Source: Naegleria gruberi
Taxonomy: Eukaryota
Length of the DNA: 64,000 bases
Direction: 5' to 3' (one strand)
Assembly (NCBI GenBank): GCA_000004985.1
Contig: GG738866.1
Shown: positions 19,657 through 31,275 of the stretch, piece by piece
Layout: each line of letters begins with the position of its first letter
Position numbering within the stretch: the first letter of the stretch is position 1
Notes under the pieces: model-generated
Databases searched by the model: none
Seen by the model: the letters and a program-made list of their open reading frames with translations, nothing else
Told to the model about the DNA's origin: nothing
Position numbers and translations under genes: made by a program

Positions 19657-22600
19657 TTAAGGATGAAGAGTATTGTCAATTGAAGTCAGTGTATACTCAC
19701 AAACATCTTCTTGGCCTGTTTTTGATCTGTCCTGTTTTGGGGTTTGATTTTGGAATTGATATAAATTTTGTTGTGATCCATTGTTGGAACCACCATACAT
19801 GGAATTAGATCTGGAGCGAGCTCTTTCAACTTCACCCAAATCAACTCTGAGTGGTGGATATTCTCTCTGTTGAATTTCTGGACATTTCACTTCAAATATT
19901 CTTGTTGATTCAGAAAGCCCTTTTAGTGGATAAACTCCCAAATCTCTAGCAGAGAACACTCTCTCAGCTTGAATTCTCTGTCTTTTCTTGGAGAAACTTG
20001 AACTGGACGAGAAGCTGGCACTATTGGTTTCATCAACATTTAAAAAGTTACTATAACCTGCTTCAACATTTGCTTCATCCAAGTATTGGACATCCTTATA
20101 AAGAGATCTGGTCTTGTAGAATAAATCCTCGCTCACACATACTTGACCACCATGGGCCAAGGCTTCAATACGGGCAGACTTGTTTACAACAGTACCAAAA
20201 TAATCATATCTCTTCATTGTCTTGTCAAAAACACAGTCACCCTTACCATAATGCAAACCAATTCTCACTCTCAAACCACTCCAATAGGCTTTTCTTGTCT
20301 TAGAGTCCCACTCTTGTCTACAATCCCATTCATGATATAGATCACTAGGCCATTTAGCTGAAAGCAATTCTAATTGAACAGCCATAGCCCACAACATGGC
20401 ATCATATGGATCTCTGAAAGCAACATAAAAACTGTCACCGTTCGTCTTTACTTCATACCCTCTATAGAGTTGGAGATTTCTTCTCATTATTTGATTGTGA
20501 ATTTCCAAAGATTCCCTCATAGCCTTCTCATTACCTTGCCACAACTTGGTACTATTCTGAACATCAGTGAATGCACAAGTGATAAAACCTGATTTAGGTG
20601 CATACTTTTCGCTTGAATCCTTTCTAAAACAGCATAAAAGCAGTGTCATTATAGAACATGCACAAATAATGCAAACGGCAGAACCAATAGAAATACCAAC
20701 AATTGCACCAGTTGAAAGTGTTCTTACTATTGGTTTCAATCCACATGTGTCTAGATCTAATTTATAGGTGGTATTCAAATTTGAAGAAGCATATTGCAAG
20801 TACAACATTTTAGAACCTTGATTACATCCACAAGTAGTCATATCCAAATCACAATTAGATGAGGAAATAGATCTTGCACTAATTGTTGTTGAAGAAGTGG
20901 TAGGACAGGTGTCCCCATAAGGTCCAAAATAATCTTCACCTAACTCAAAAACTGATCTCAAAAATAACGAAGAAGTAAATGTTGATCTAGTCATTTCAAT
21001 ATTTGCTTGTTGCATATAGCTTAAAATGTTCGATACCATTGTTGCAAGGGCATAGCCTTCATAGGCTTCCATAGTCTTATTCAAATTAGGGAAATATGCT
21101 GGATAATCAATCAGAAATTCTCTGGCCATTATATTTGTTGAGCCCGCTTTAGCAAATGAAATAAGGAAAGAAGTGGAAATAATATTGGAAGGGAATGTGA
21201 ATCCTTTGAATTCCACATCTGACATGACCTCAGATGGAATGAGAATAAGTGAAGATGATCCTGTATATCTGTTCAAAAAGTCCTTCACATCCACAGCACT
21301 GGCCATCACAATAACAACATCTCCCAAACTTTGTGTCCAATCAACAACACTTCTGGATCTAGAAAATTGCTTGTATGAAGGAGTTATATCTTCATTACTT
21401 GTCTTGAAGAAGTAAGTTACGTTAGCCACGGCTGATTTCCAATACTGATCAGTACTGTGAATGATTGTAACATCTGGTTCCGTAATGATGCTACTCGCAT
21501 ATCTTGTTGCTGAAACTACTTCTTCAACAATACTTGGTCTCAAATTCACTACATATCTTGAGTATGGATATCTCAACTCTGGATGTCCTGAAACAGATCC
21601 TATCATTGCTACTTGGTATGAGTTCAACACATCTCTAATAGCAGATACATTACCAGTAATTACAGAGCCCAAAATACCAAATACCTTATTCTTTTCAATA
21701 AGGGTTTTAGCCTTTGAAATAATATCTGTCTCATCAGTATAATACTCTGAATAAATGTGTACTTGTGTATCGATAGTACCTTTCTCATTCATTTTGGAGA
21801 AGAGTGATTGAATACCAGTTACCAGATCATTGTTGACATTCTTATATGAAGAGGGATAAAGTCCTCCAAATATGATTGGACTCTTGATACCAGTAGAAGC
21901 TATAATGCTGTCCTTCTGAGCTCCACATTTTTCCTTGTTGTACACAAAATTATCAACCAACTCAAAGGATGTGCCAGTGTATTGGTAAATAAAATGAGAT
22001 CTCATGCCTTGATTACAGGAACCAGACATAAATTTACCAAATGGAATTTGGTATTTCAAAAATTCCTTACTGGAATATAATGTTTCATAGATGGATTTAC
22101 CATTGATAGTTGAAGTAAGAGGAATATTATCTAACACTTCAATAATAAAACTTCCAACAAGGAAACCTTCGACTGCTCCCAAAGTGGTTGGATTTGTTTC
22201 ATAGTATTTAGCCATTATTGAAGAATAAGAATCTATGAGAGTATGTTTCACGCTGAGATAAGGGAATGATTGTGAAATGTAGAATTTAACACTAGACATA
22301 GAAGGATTAGAAAGAAGATTGGATAGTTCTGCCTCCCATGAAATCTGCCTAAAGAAGAGACAAAAGACATGAATCTCATTTCTCAGACCAACAGATTTGA
22401 TACCTTCCAATACTGATTGTAAATATTTGAAACTAGTAACATCTTCAGGAATGGAAATGATAACTACTTGAGGATTTGCATCTTGGGAAAGTGAGTTGGT
22501 AATCAAAGATGAATTAACAGTTTGATCCATAGAAAATAGATAGCTACTGTCAATAGCTAGTCCATATGCTGAAATGATGGAAGAGAATTCTGAAAAGATG

Positions 22601-24647
22601 TTCTGACCATCCTTGCAGTTAGATCCCACAAACGAAAATCTGGACAATCCCAAAGTATTCATTCCAAAACTCATAATTGCTAGTATTCTTTCTCTAACAG
22701 TTAGTGTAACGAGAGCAACATTATTATAGAAGGTTGATCTCAATGCTGGTGAATCGTAGCCAGTTAGAGGTGAAATCATGACAATACTAGGGAAATTCGA
22801 GGAAAATTCCCCAATAAAATCCTTCATTACAGACTCGGCAGCTTTGCTTCCTACTAAGCCGACAATATCATGATCTACCACAAAGTTCCTTGTTGCTGAA
22901 ATCAAAGTTGAGGAGTTGTAGCTTTCCGAGACTGACAATACTTCAATTCTTCTTCCTCTGACTCCTTTCTGTAAATCATTTCTGTCATTAAAAGCAGCCA
23001 ACAATCCCATTAAAAAGTCATTGTCGTAAACACTTCCATCAGATGTATGCCCAAAAATGATTGGAAGCGAAATCTTTGTTGGATCAAAAAAGCAAGTAAA
23101 AGTGGAGGATCCAGGTAAATCCCAAGTCATTGGCTCACCAATTTCCGAGAATGAATTGTCTGTGTTTTGAATGGTTTTCCACACAGCCCTCATACCTTGG
23201 TTACATGAGCAAGAGGACATGTATGCATCATCTAATGTTATTAGACTTCTCTTATTGAGCTTGATACTTGGTGCAAGAGAAGCTGTCAAACTGTGTAGCA
23301 CAAGAGGATTAGAAATTTGCTCCTCGAAAAAGAAATATCGTCTTCTGCTCTGAACAGTTGTGCATTTAGTATAAGGACCTACTACTTGATTGTCCATAAT
23401 GTAGGTAGAGGATGAATAAATTAAGTTGATAAAATTGTCTCTGGTCAAGTCGCCTGAAACTCTCTGGGTGAGTACACTGATTGCAAGTTTACCAGCCATG
23501 TATCCTTCCAATTCTACAATGGATGGTACGTAGGATGGATTCAGAGCTTTCATGGCTCTTTGATAAGACAACACAATTGGATATTTGGTATTTGTTGGAG
23601 CTGGATATACTTGGGTAATTACAATGCTTGATCGATAGGGTAATGGATTTGATCCAATGAATGATCCTGTCATGAAAATGATATTCGAATCAAAGTCAGT
23701 CCTATTCTTTACAGCCTCAATAAAAGCAACTGTTGGCTTGTAGGTTGACATGCAAATGATTGCTTGTGGTTTTCCCTTGACAATATCCTCTACTGCCTGG
23801 GCAACATTAATGGTATTTCTCTCGTATTTACCCTATTAAGGTGAGATAGTAGCAACATTACTCAGTTGTGTTGTAATTTTGAGAATTATAATAATAACAT
23901 ACCATTGAGGTCAAATTCATTCCCAGTGGTTTAAGCGCAAGGGTTGATCCATCCACTCCTGACAGACCAAATGCATCGTTTTGATAAAAGATGGAGATTC
24001 TTCTCACCATTTTGACATTTACCAAATACTCAACCATTGCGGCGCACTCGTCCTGATAACTGGCTCTCACATTAATAATATTTGGTACGAAAGGATGTCT
24101 CATAAAAAGACCACCTGTTAAGGCTCCAACAAATGGCATTTTAGATGCAGTAATAAGGTCAAGAATTGCCTGACTGGTACCAGTTCCCATAAACCCAATA
24201 AATCCAAATATTGTATGGTTGCTAAGAAGAGTGAGTGTATTGTTGACACATCGAGCTGGCTCATAGCCATCATCAACAGAGTACAGGCGAAGTTTCTTAC
24301 CTCCCCACACACCTCCTAATTCGTTGATTTCCTTAAATGCAGCTTGAATGCCAACCATGAGCGGATAGCCCAGTCTGTTTTTCAACAGTGATGAATCATA
24401 CATAATGTTAAATTCATTGCAAATAACAAAAATACAGTATTATTCACACCTCATCTTTAACATTTAAAACTTACTCTCTGGTCTGTCCAGTAAGGGCAGT
24501 TGATTGCCCGAACCAAATATCGGTCTCATCATTCCATTTTTTGTCGTACTCTGTCTGGTCAAAGGTAAAAGATGTGTTAACAGTATTTCTATTCATCAAT
24601 ACAATAAGCAGCACGATTAATATTAATATTTTCAAAATATTCTTCAT
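19657..24647 (-). CDS. Receptor-type adenylate cyclase: signal peptide, tandem periplasmic-binding-protein type-1 (ANF-receptor-like) ectodomains, one TM helix, class III cyclase catalytic domain, no kinase-homology domain. Three exons: join(24475..24647, 23903..24374, 19657..23832), about 1606 aa.
   Basis: Exon 1 is MKNILKILILIVLLIVLMNRNTVNT (signal peptide) and ends ...GQTR at a GTAAGT donor. A 100 bp intron ends in AG. Exon 2 is LGYPLMVGIQAAFKEINELGG...VRASYQDECAAMVEY (PBP1 fold) and ends ...NLTSM at GTATGT. A 70 bp intron follows. Exon 3 is a 4176 nt single exon. TM segment AIVGISIGSAVCIICACSIMTLLLCCF. Cyclase motifs: FTDVQNSTKLW, KTNGDSFYVAF, RVRIGLHYG, FGTVVNKSARIEALAHGGQVCVS. The substrate-specifying positions are Lys (KTNGDSF) and Asp (YDYFG), which predict ATP rather than GTP. 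Confidence 0.85.
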
Positions 24648-25012
24648 TTTAGTTGTACTGCTCTTACTATATATCGGCGTAAGGTGCCCTATATTACTAG
24701 AACTACTATTATATTTACAATTTGATGAATTCATCCTAGAGTTTTTAAATTTCCTCCTTAATGCAATTTGTTATTAAAGTTTCTTAGTAGAGCAAGAACC
24801 AAACGCTCCACAATTTTTCGGTATTGCTGTTGTTTTTTTCGCTTGTTCAAAGTTGCTTCTTCTTTGAGACCAGCCTTTCCCTCGATTGAACTACGCGCTT
24901 GTGGGGGCTGTAATTTGAGGCGTTTGTTACGTTGTTTTTTGTACGTTCCTTAATAGCGGCAAGTATTTTTGTCTTTGGTTAAATTATCACTGTTTTAGAA
25001 AGAAAGAATCTC

Positions 25013-25306
25013 TTAACAAGATTCATAGTCAACCGATGAGGAGGACATTAAGGTCCATTCACTAATGTTCACCACACCTACTTGATCGCCTCCAACATGA
25101 ATTCCTATTAACATGCCTTCTGAATTTAAAACAGGAGCATCACTTATTCCTCTCAATGTTGGACAAGTGTGAGTAGAGAGGCATTTTGGAGAATTGGCCT
25201 TCACCTCACATGCAATCTTGGTTTCGAAGTAGCCCATCACATTACCTTCCTTAGAGTCCGTGGTGCTATTCACCTGCTGAATGTCTTCTAAGGCTGGCTG
25301 TTCCAT
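25013..25306 (-). CDS. Orphan 97 aa ORF resembling only the C-terminal (Ser-bearing) half of a chymotrypsin-fold HtrA-like protease. Possible gene fragment or pseudogene.
   Basis: CPTLRGISDAPVLNSEGMLIGIHVGGD aligns to the HtrA/DegP active-site region GNSGGPLVNLDGEVIGINT with the Ser retained. There is no coding capacity upstream for the His/Asp-bearing N-terminal barrel, because the next gene on the other strand starts 200 bp away. Confidence 0.3.
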   Translation of the reverse strand: MEQPALEDIQQVNSTTDSKEGNVMGYFETKIACEVKANSPKCLSTHTCPTLRGISDAPVLNSEGMLIGIHVGGDQVGVVNISEWTLMSSSSVDYESC

Positions 25307-25507
25307 ATAGCTGGTGCCACGAACATTTCAAAGACATAATCAACTGATTGGATTAATCTTTTAATTCAGCTTGTTGATTCTCAATCTTTTTGTTAATTGT
25401 TATTTGATTGGATGTTTCTAAATATTTGCTTCTCCAAATTTTAAAAAAGCTCTGTTACTTCCCATTCAATTTAAATATTAAATAATATTAAAAATAATTA
25501 AAAAAAA

Positions 25508-26305
25508 ATGTCAAATTCTTCATCCAATGAAATCCAACCACACGTTCAAGCCATTTCCAATCTTTCCGATAGAATCGCATCCACAATAACACCTCTTGAG
25601 AATCATGTAAATGATCATCTCTCCAAGGAACAATTAATTTCCATATTTTTCCATGATGAATCCGAGTATCAGTCCTCAACTTTGCAATATACGGCTCCTT
25701 TCAAGGCTACAATTAGAATTTGTACACCTCCGAACGATCAAGAATCTTGTATTATTAATTCATCGGAAGAGTTTCATCTCTATGTGATGAGTGAGCACTT
25801 GTTATTGTTTAATATGGTACATGCTTACAAGATTCACTTTTCTGATATTCTAATGCATGGTGTTCAGAAACAACCACAAATTTGTATGTATTGTCAATTG
25901 GCTTGTGATAGTGGAGTTGCCAAAGATGAAAAGGATGAATCACAAATGGATGAAGATGATGATGAAGGATTTGAAAGTGTTTGTGAAATGATTATTCAAT
26001 TGCAAGTTCAATCATCAGCTTTGGAACAAATTTATAATCAAATGTATCAGGCCTTTTCGAGAGCTGCTGAAAATGTACCTCTCTCTGATATGCAAGATGA
26101 TGATGAAAGTAATTCCATTAAATTTGATCCAAAATCATTGGATGATAAATTGAGCATTAGCACTGATGGATGGATTTATAATGTTGAGGAAATGAGAAGG
26201 GGTGTTCTTATTAGAGATCGTACTGAAAGAGAGGAAGATGATGACGAAGATGGATGGGAGGATGTGGATGAAGAGGATGAAAAGAATAAGAAATTGAAAA
26301 TGTAA
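25508..26305 (+). CDS. Acidic protein, 265 aa, tentatively pICln-like (methylosome subunit / nucleotide-sensitive chloride current regulator family).
   Basis: ATG at 25508. EFHLYVMSEHLLLFNMV resembles the pICln core motif (EHLYVMV). Two long acidic clusters (DEDDDEGFE, EREEDDDEDGWEDVDEEDEK) flank a short helical segment, as in pICln. The family call is by memory only. Confidence 0.45.
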   Translation: MSNSSSNEIQPHVQAISNLSDRIASTITPLENHVNDHLSKEQLISIFFHDESEYQSSTLQYTAPFKATIRICTPPNDQESCIINSSEEFHLYVMSEHLLLFNMVHAYKIHFSDILMHGVQKQPQICMYCQLACDSGVAKDEKDESQMDEDDDEGFESVCEMIIQLQVQSSALEQIYNQMYQAFSRAAENVPLSDMQDDDESNSIKFDPKSLDDKLSISTDGWIYNVEEMRRGVLIRDRTEREEDDDEDGWEDVDEEDEKNKKLKM

Positions 26306-26580
26306 ATGAAATTCTTGTTGTTGCCTTCTATCCAATTAGTTTTTTAATGCTTCTGCACAAATTTAACTCATTCTTTAATCATCAGTCAGCAACAGATTTC
26401 ATTGTTATAATTTTTAATAATATGAGGATGAAAAGAACAGAGGAGATAATAGTTCTATAAATTAATTACTATTTAATTTATTATTATTACAAATATTGTA
26501 CATGGTGTATGCCACTTTGTTGGCACTACTACTGCTATATTATACAAGGAAGAAGTGTGAAATTATTAGAATTATTACGT

Positions 26581-26757
26581 TTAGAATACCATTCCAATAA
26601 CAGCCAAGATGGCAATCAACAACATGGCAGTGAATCCTTGTTCAGCAGCACCAGCATAAACTTCAGATTCGTAATATTGAGCATTAATTGGTGAGGCAAA
26701 GAAGAACATGATACAAGCCAAGAGCATCATGACAATCATAGTTTGTTGGGCAGACAT
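26581..26757 (-). CDS. Small hydrophobic protein, 58 aa: predicted signal/anchor segment plus a C-terminal TM helix. Not in the supplied ORF track because it is under 60 aa.
   Basis: Read by hand on the minus strand as MSAQQTMIVMMLLACIMFFFASPINAQYYESEVYAGAAEQGFTAMLLIAILAVIGMVF*. It starts with ATG, stops with TAA, has coding-like codon usage, and lies in an otherwise empty 1.2 kb interval. Confidence 0.35.
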   Translation of the reverse strand: MSAQQTMIVMMLLACIMFFFASPINAQYYESEVYAGAAEQGFTAMLLIAILAVIGMVF

Positions 26758-27529
26758 TTTTGAGTTTTAATTGAGAGTTTGAATTATTGAATTGTTTTTT
26801 TGTTTGTTGTTATTGAGTGAATCAACGGCAATAGTAGCTTCATTTATAGGGTTGGCAAGTAGTCTATCAACAATTTAATTTACAATAATAGAAGGGCAAT
26901 GCACAAAGAAGATGTCTAACTAAATCCATTGCAAAGTTTAATTTGGTTACCGTGTTCTATACTTGGTAAAGTAGAATCATTAATGGAAATCAAGGTTTTT
27001 TGAAGGGATACCTTGAAAAAGTGTTCGGCAATTGAATTTGTGTTGCCGTGAAAATCTATGCTTGAATGAGGAGTCCTTAAAGTTCGATCCGAGTGAGCTT
27101 TTCTTTCCAATAACTGTAAATTCCTATTGAGGGGATTTAAATTGTCAATTTATTAATAATAAAATACTCTATTAATAAATAATAAATGCTCGAAAGTATT
27201 ATTGTTACAATGCTTTACAATGCCAATCTGAATTGAGAGGCATGAACTGTAAATTTGGTTATTCTGTTCGAATGATTGGAGCGACACATATACCACGTTC
27301 ACTGACACTCTTCAATTTCAAGAGCAGTTGGAGAAATAGATTCAAGTTCGAACAATTACAGTTGTTTTGAAGAATCTGCTCAGATCCATATTACTCCTCT
27401 CACTTCTGTAATAATTTGCAAGGAAAATCCAATCATAATGATAATTCTTGTTGTTAATACAGGTTTTATGAGAAGGTCAAAAGAGTTGAAAGATAGATTG
27501 TGGCAATAAATGTATTACTTTCATTTGGT

Positions 27530-28723
27530 TCAACAACAATTTCTGTGAACAATTGATGGACCAACATCGTCATAATCTTGTTTTGAAATGTAATTCTGTT
27601 GGGTTTCAGAGGATGCCATTATTGAACCACCAATCCAACTGAGGTAATGTCTTTCTGGTGGGGCAGTAACCTTGATACTCATGGAAACAGGGGCTAAACT
27701 ACATAATTCCCTTTGCAATCTTTCTCCAATACCTTCAAACATGGTATTTCCACCACTAAGCACAATGTTGTTGAATAGATCTGGTCTCAATTCAAGGTTA
27801 CACTTTCCAATTGATTTAAATATCATTTCATGAATTCCACCCTCATCCAATCCTATTGATTCTGGATGAAACAATACTTCTGGACATCTGAATCTTTCAC
27901 TTTCAATCGTGATCATGTTTCCATCTGGTAATTCATATTGTTTCGATTTAAATTGTTCAAGTTCCTTATCAAAATCCAAAGCCACGTAACAAAATTTCTT
28001 AATTTCTGCAGACAACCACCTCTCATTCACATTTACCTTCTTTCCATTACGCTCCAAAAAGCAACGTCCACTTCTTGTCTCAGCCCCATAGCATGGCTCT
28101 TCAAAATACCTCGTCAATTTAAATTTACCCTGTTCGTTTAGAATCTGATATAACCAATCAGACAAATCCTCTCCACCCAATTCCAATCTAGAAACTGCAT
28201 GTTTAATAGCACGTCCCTCATGAATTGGAACTGATTGAGTAATTCCACCCCCACTCTCCAACACCACACCAGTTAGACAATCACAAGCTACCATCGACAA
28301 AGCTGCCTGATTTGCCAAACACAACAATGGTACCATAAAAGATTCAAACATGATCTGTGTTGTCTTTTCACGACTTGCCTCATCACTCAACACACTCTCT
28401 GTCACTAATACACCTAGATCCTCAGGATCAGTTCTCAATTCATTGTAAAATATGTGATACCACACCTTCTCCATGCCTTCCCAATCCACAACAGTGCCAC
28501 GTTCGATGGGAAACTTGGCCCACGTTGTACCAATCTTGCAAAATACTTCATCTCCAACTCTCCCAAATTTATCCTTATAACCGAACATGATTGAATTACT
28601 ACTAATCTTGTGATATTCGACAACGGAAGGGAATATGGCGATAGGTGTTTCATCTCCTGCAAAACCTACATTGCACATTGATGATCCACAGTCAATCACT
28701 ACGTTTTGAATAAGTGAAGACAT
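27530..28723 (-). CDS. Actin-related protein (Arp family, divergent actin-fold ATPase), 397 aa.
   Basis: VVIDCGSSMCNVGFAGDETPIAIFPSVV corresponds to actin [28 protein letters not shown]. The C-terminus KQDYDDVGPSIVHRNCC corresponds to actin KQEYDESGPSIVHRKCF. Insertions relative to actin are typical of Arps. The subfamily (Arp1 versus other) is not resolvable by eye. Confidence 0.8.
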   Translation of the reverse strand: MSSLIQNVVIDCGSSMCNVGFAGDETPIAIFPSVVEYHKISSNSIMFGYKDKFGRVGDEVFCKIGTTWAKFPIERGTVVDWEGMEKVWYHIFYNELRTDPEDLGVLVTESVLSDEASREKTTQIMFESFMVPLLCLANQAALSMVACDCLTGVVLESGGGITQSVPIHEGRAIKHAVSRLELGGEDLSDWLYQILNEQGKFKLTRYFEEPCYGAETRSGRCFLERNGKKVNVNERWLSAEIKKFCYVALDFDKELEQFKSKQYELPDGNMITIESERFRCPEVLFHPESIGLDEGGIHEMIFKSIGKCNLELRPDLFNNIVLSGGNTMFEGIGERLQRELCSLAPVSMSIKVTAPPERHYLSWIGGSIMASSETQQNYISKQDYDDVGPSIVHRNCC

Positions 28724-28915
28724 TTTTTCTATTAGTGATCAAAGTTGCAAGTTCATAGGTAATGATGAAGTTGACTTCGGTATTGTATTAAACCCTAATT
28801 TGAAATAGAAAGACAGAAATGGAGTGTTTTTGGCAATATGTCACTGATATCTTACAATTTTTGTACTTTGGAAAGTTTTAAAAACTCTTAATTTTATCGA
28901 AATGAGAATCAACTC

Positions 28916-30097
28916 TTACTTCTTTTCAACAAATTCAGCATCCATAATACCAACATTCATACTAGTACCAGAATCATTTGAAGATAATTCATCGAATGAA
29001 ATTAAAATTTCACCTCCATCAAGTTCTTCCTTTTCTGTTGTGAGAATGTCCAATTTTTTGAATTGTTTCCACTCTCCATATTCATAAGTTGCATGAATAT
29101 CCAAGTAGAGAGGTAAACTCAACTTGTACTCTTTCAAAATTTCATTATCCTCATTAAGTGTCATTCCCAACATTGGTTCTGGTTTGGCATTCTTCAATTG
29201 TTCAATTTCTTTCTCACTCATTTTAACCATAATGAATATTGGTACACGCCTAATCATGGTATTGCCTGCTCCTGAGACCTGTCTTGTTGAAATCATTTGT
29301 GGATCAGTAACGAGTCGAATGAATTTTGAATTGCTGAAACACATCTTATTGGATTCTCCATTATCTCTTTCAACCTTCTCTTTAGAATCATGAAGTGAAA
29401 TACTAAAAGATTCCTTCATAGAGTCACTTCTCTTGATAGCTTCCTCCTTCAATCTTTCATAGACTAATTGATTATTATCCATAAAATTTAAGCAATCTTC
29501 CAATACTTCATCAACCAGACTTGGTTGTCCAGTCATCATATCTCTAAAGAATATTTGTCCCTCTGTGAATTTATCGTTTCTATACAAGGTATTCAAAGAT
29601 TTGACATTTCTCAATGTTGTTCGAGTCATCATTTGTTCCATTTCCTTTAATTTTCTCCTAAATATCATCTTTCCAACAAATAGAGCTCCAAACATTAGAA
29701 TAGATCCAACAATCTTGAAGGGCAATGTAATAATTTTCCATACAAGACTAACCAAAGTGCCCACAAGAGTTCTTTTCTCTGGAAGAAAAGGTCCATCAAA
29801 ACCATGCCCACTTGGATTTCTATAATGTTTAAAATTACGTTTGTTTCTTAAAAACTCTTCAAATCTTGGATCATCAAAAGGCATTCGGAAATTCTTTAAA
29901 TTTGTATGAAAGCACTGTTGTTGAGTAGTTATTGTTGTGTTTCCATTTGTAAGGTTATTATTCTTCTTATTGATTGAATAATGATGATTATTAAATTGAT
30001 TGGATATAAATAATTTGTTAGTGCTATTGCTCGATGATGACAATCCCGACGAAAGAATTTTTGATCGTGATGAGTTAATTCTTCCAAATCGATACAT
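28916..30097 (-). CDS. Hypothetical protein, 393 aa, with an N-terminal presequence-like region and one internal TM segment. Possible mitochondrial inner-membrane protein.
   Basis: The N-terminus MYRFGRINSSRSKILSSGLSS is basic and hydroxylated with no acidic residues. The hydrophobic segment is LVGTLVSLVWKIITLPFKIVGSILMFGALFVGKMIF. The remainder is a charged helical domain. Confidence 0.55.
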   Translation of the reverse strand: MYRFGRINSSRSKILSSGLSSSSNSTNKLFISNQFNNHHYSINKKNNNLTNGNTTITTQQQCFHTNLKNFRMPFDDPRFEEFLRNKRNFKHYRNPSGHGFDGPFLPEKRTLVGTLVSLVWKIITLPFKIVGSILMFGALFVGKMIFRRKLKEMEQMMTRTTLRNVKSLNTLYRNDKFTEGQIFFRDMMTGQPSLVDEVLEDCLNFMDNNQLVYERLKEEAIKRSDSMKESFSISLHDSKEKVERDNGESNKMCFSNSKFIRLVTDPQMISTRQVSGAGNTMIRRVPIFIMVKMSEKEIEQLKNAKPEPMLGMTLNEDNEILKEYKLSLPLYLDIHATYEYGEWKQFKKLDILTTEKEELDGGEILISFDELSSNDSGTSMNVGIMDAEFVEKK

Positions 30098-31275
30098 TTT
30101 TTTTGATTTTTAATTTATTTAATATATAATAGAGTAATATATTTAATATTAAATAATATAATTACAATCATATTTCCAATATTTCCATGATATTTTACAA
30201 TATGTAATATTCACATTATTAATAATTTTTACAATCAAAAATTAGTTTAAAATAACTACTGTTAGGGTTAATTTGTTGAAGAAGAATCAAAAACAATTCC
30301 GATGCCTGACAATACATGCAAAACATTTCCATTAAGCATAAAACCAATCATTCCGATTATGGAAAACCAAGAATAATGGAAAGTAAACAAATTCCTTCAA
30401 CGTTCCTATCTCTCCCGCATTACAATAACAACCTCCAACCTCCTCAATAATGAGAGAATCTATTCATACAACAACCACCTACCTTCTTAACGTACAACAA
30501 TCGAGAGAGAAGTGAGAATATAAATATTTTTAATTTTCTTTCATGCATCTTCATAGTTCTTCATACAACCACAGGAACAACTAGTCCTCATTCAATGAAT
30601 GATTCCGGCTATCCAATATTGAATGATACCTTACTCAAAGTCAGTACCAAATATTCTTCATCTCTACATCATCTTTACGCGGAGCTTCTTTTGTTCTCAT
30701 TTAAAATACCTCCCACTCAATAAGGTGGTGAAAATATTATAAATGAACCCTCAGTTTGTTCTATTTTTAAAACCAAACATCAAAAAAAATCTAGAGACTC
30801 GAACAACACTCCTAATAGTGTAGTAAAAACTCTCCGCGCAAAACAAACCAACGCTTTTTTTTAAACCCTCCTTTTTTCTTTGCTTTGTGCACTTCATCTA
30901 GAGATCTTATTATCTCCTTATAATACTAGATAGAATATACGGCTTTGCAGGCGAGCGATGCAAAAGTTTTTCCATATTAATTGCAAAAAGAATTTGAATT
31001 ATAACCCAAGTAATCATAATAATAGTGATTTTCCAATCATTACCATTAATTATTAATTAATACTCACATTAATATTAATAGTAATACTCTACATTTATTA
31101 ACTATATCAATGCAAAATTGCTCTCTATAAGCATTTCCATTTCATTTAAACTAAACAGTTTTTTTATATATAATATCCATCATAATAGTAGTATATATAT
31201 ATCCACTCTATTATTTTATATTAAATAACCAAACCATATAATTTCATCAATTAACCTCTCAACACTTCATTGAAA

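Noticed and set aside
19657-24647. Calling the cyclase a metazoan-type natriuretic-peptide-receptor guanylate cyclase, and hence the organism a metazoan.
   Set aside because: There is no kinase-homology domain between the TM helix and the cyclase. The specificity residues are K/D (adenylate) not E/C. The genome is almost intronless, unlike AT-rich metazoans.
30780-30970. A relatively GC-rich patch with a T8 run (30855..30862), a GCGCGGAG inverted pair (30678/30834) and a TTTGCA-GGCGAGCGA-TGCAAA hairpin (30940..30960), considered as a Pol III ncRNA.
   Set aside because: No recognisable snRNA, 7SL, RNase P or tRNA structure could be built by hand. It lies in a 1.2 kb divergent promoter interval where such elements may be regulatory. 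It should be left for an Rfam scan.
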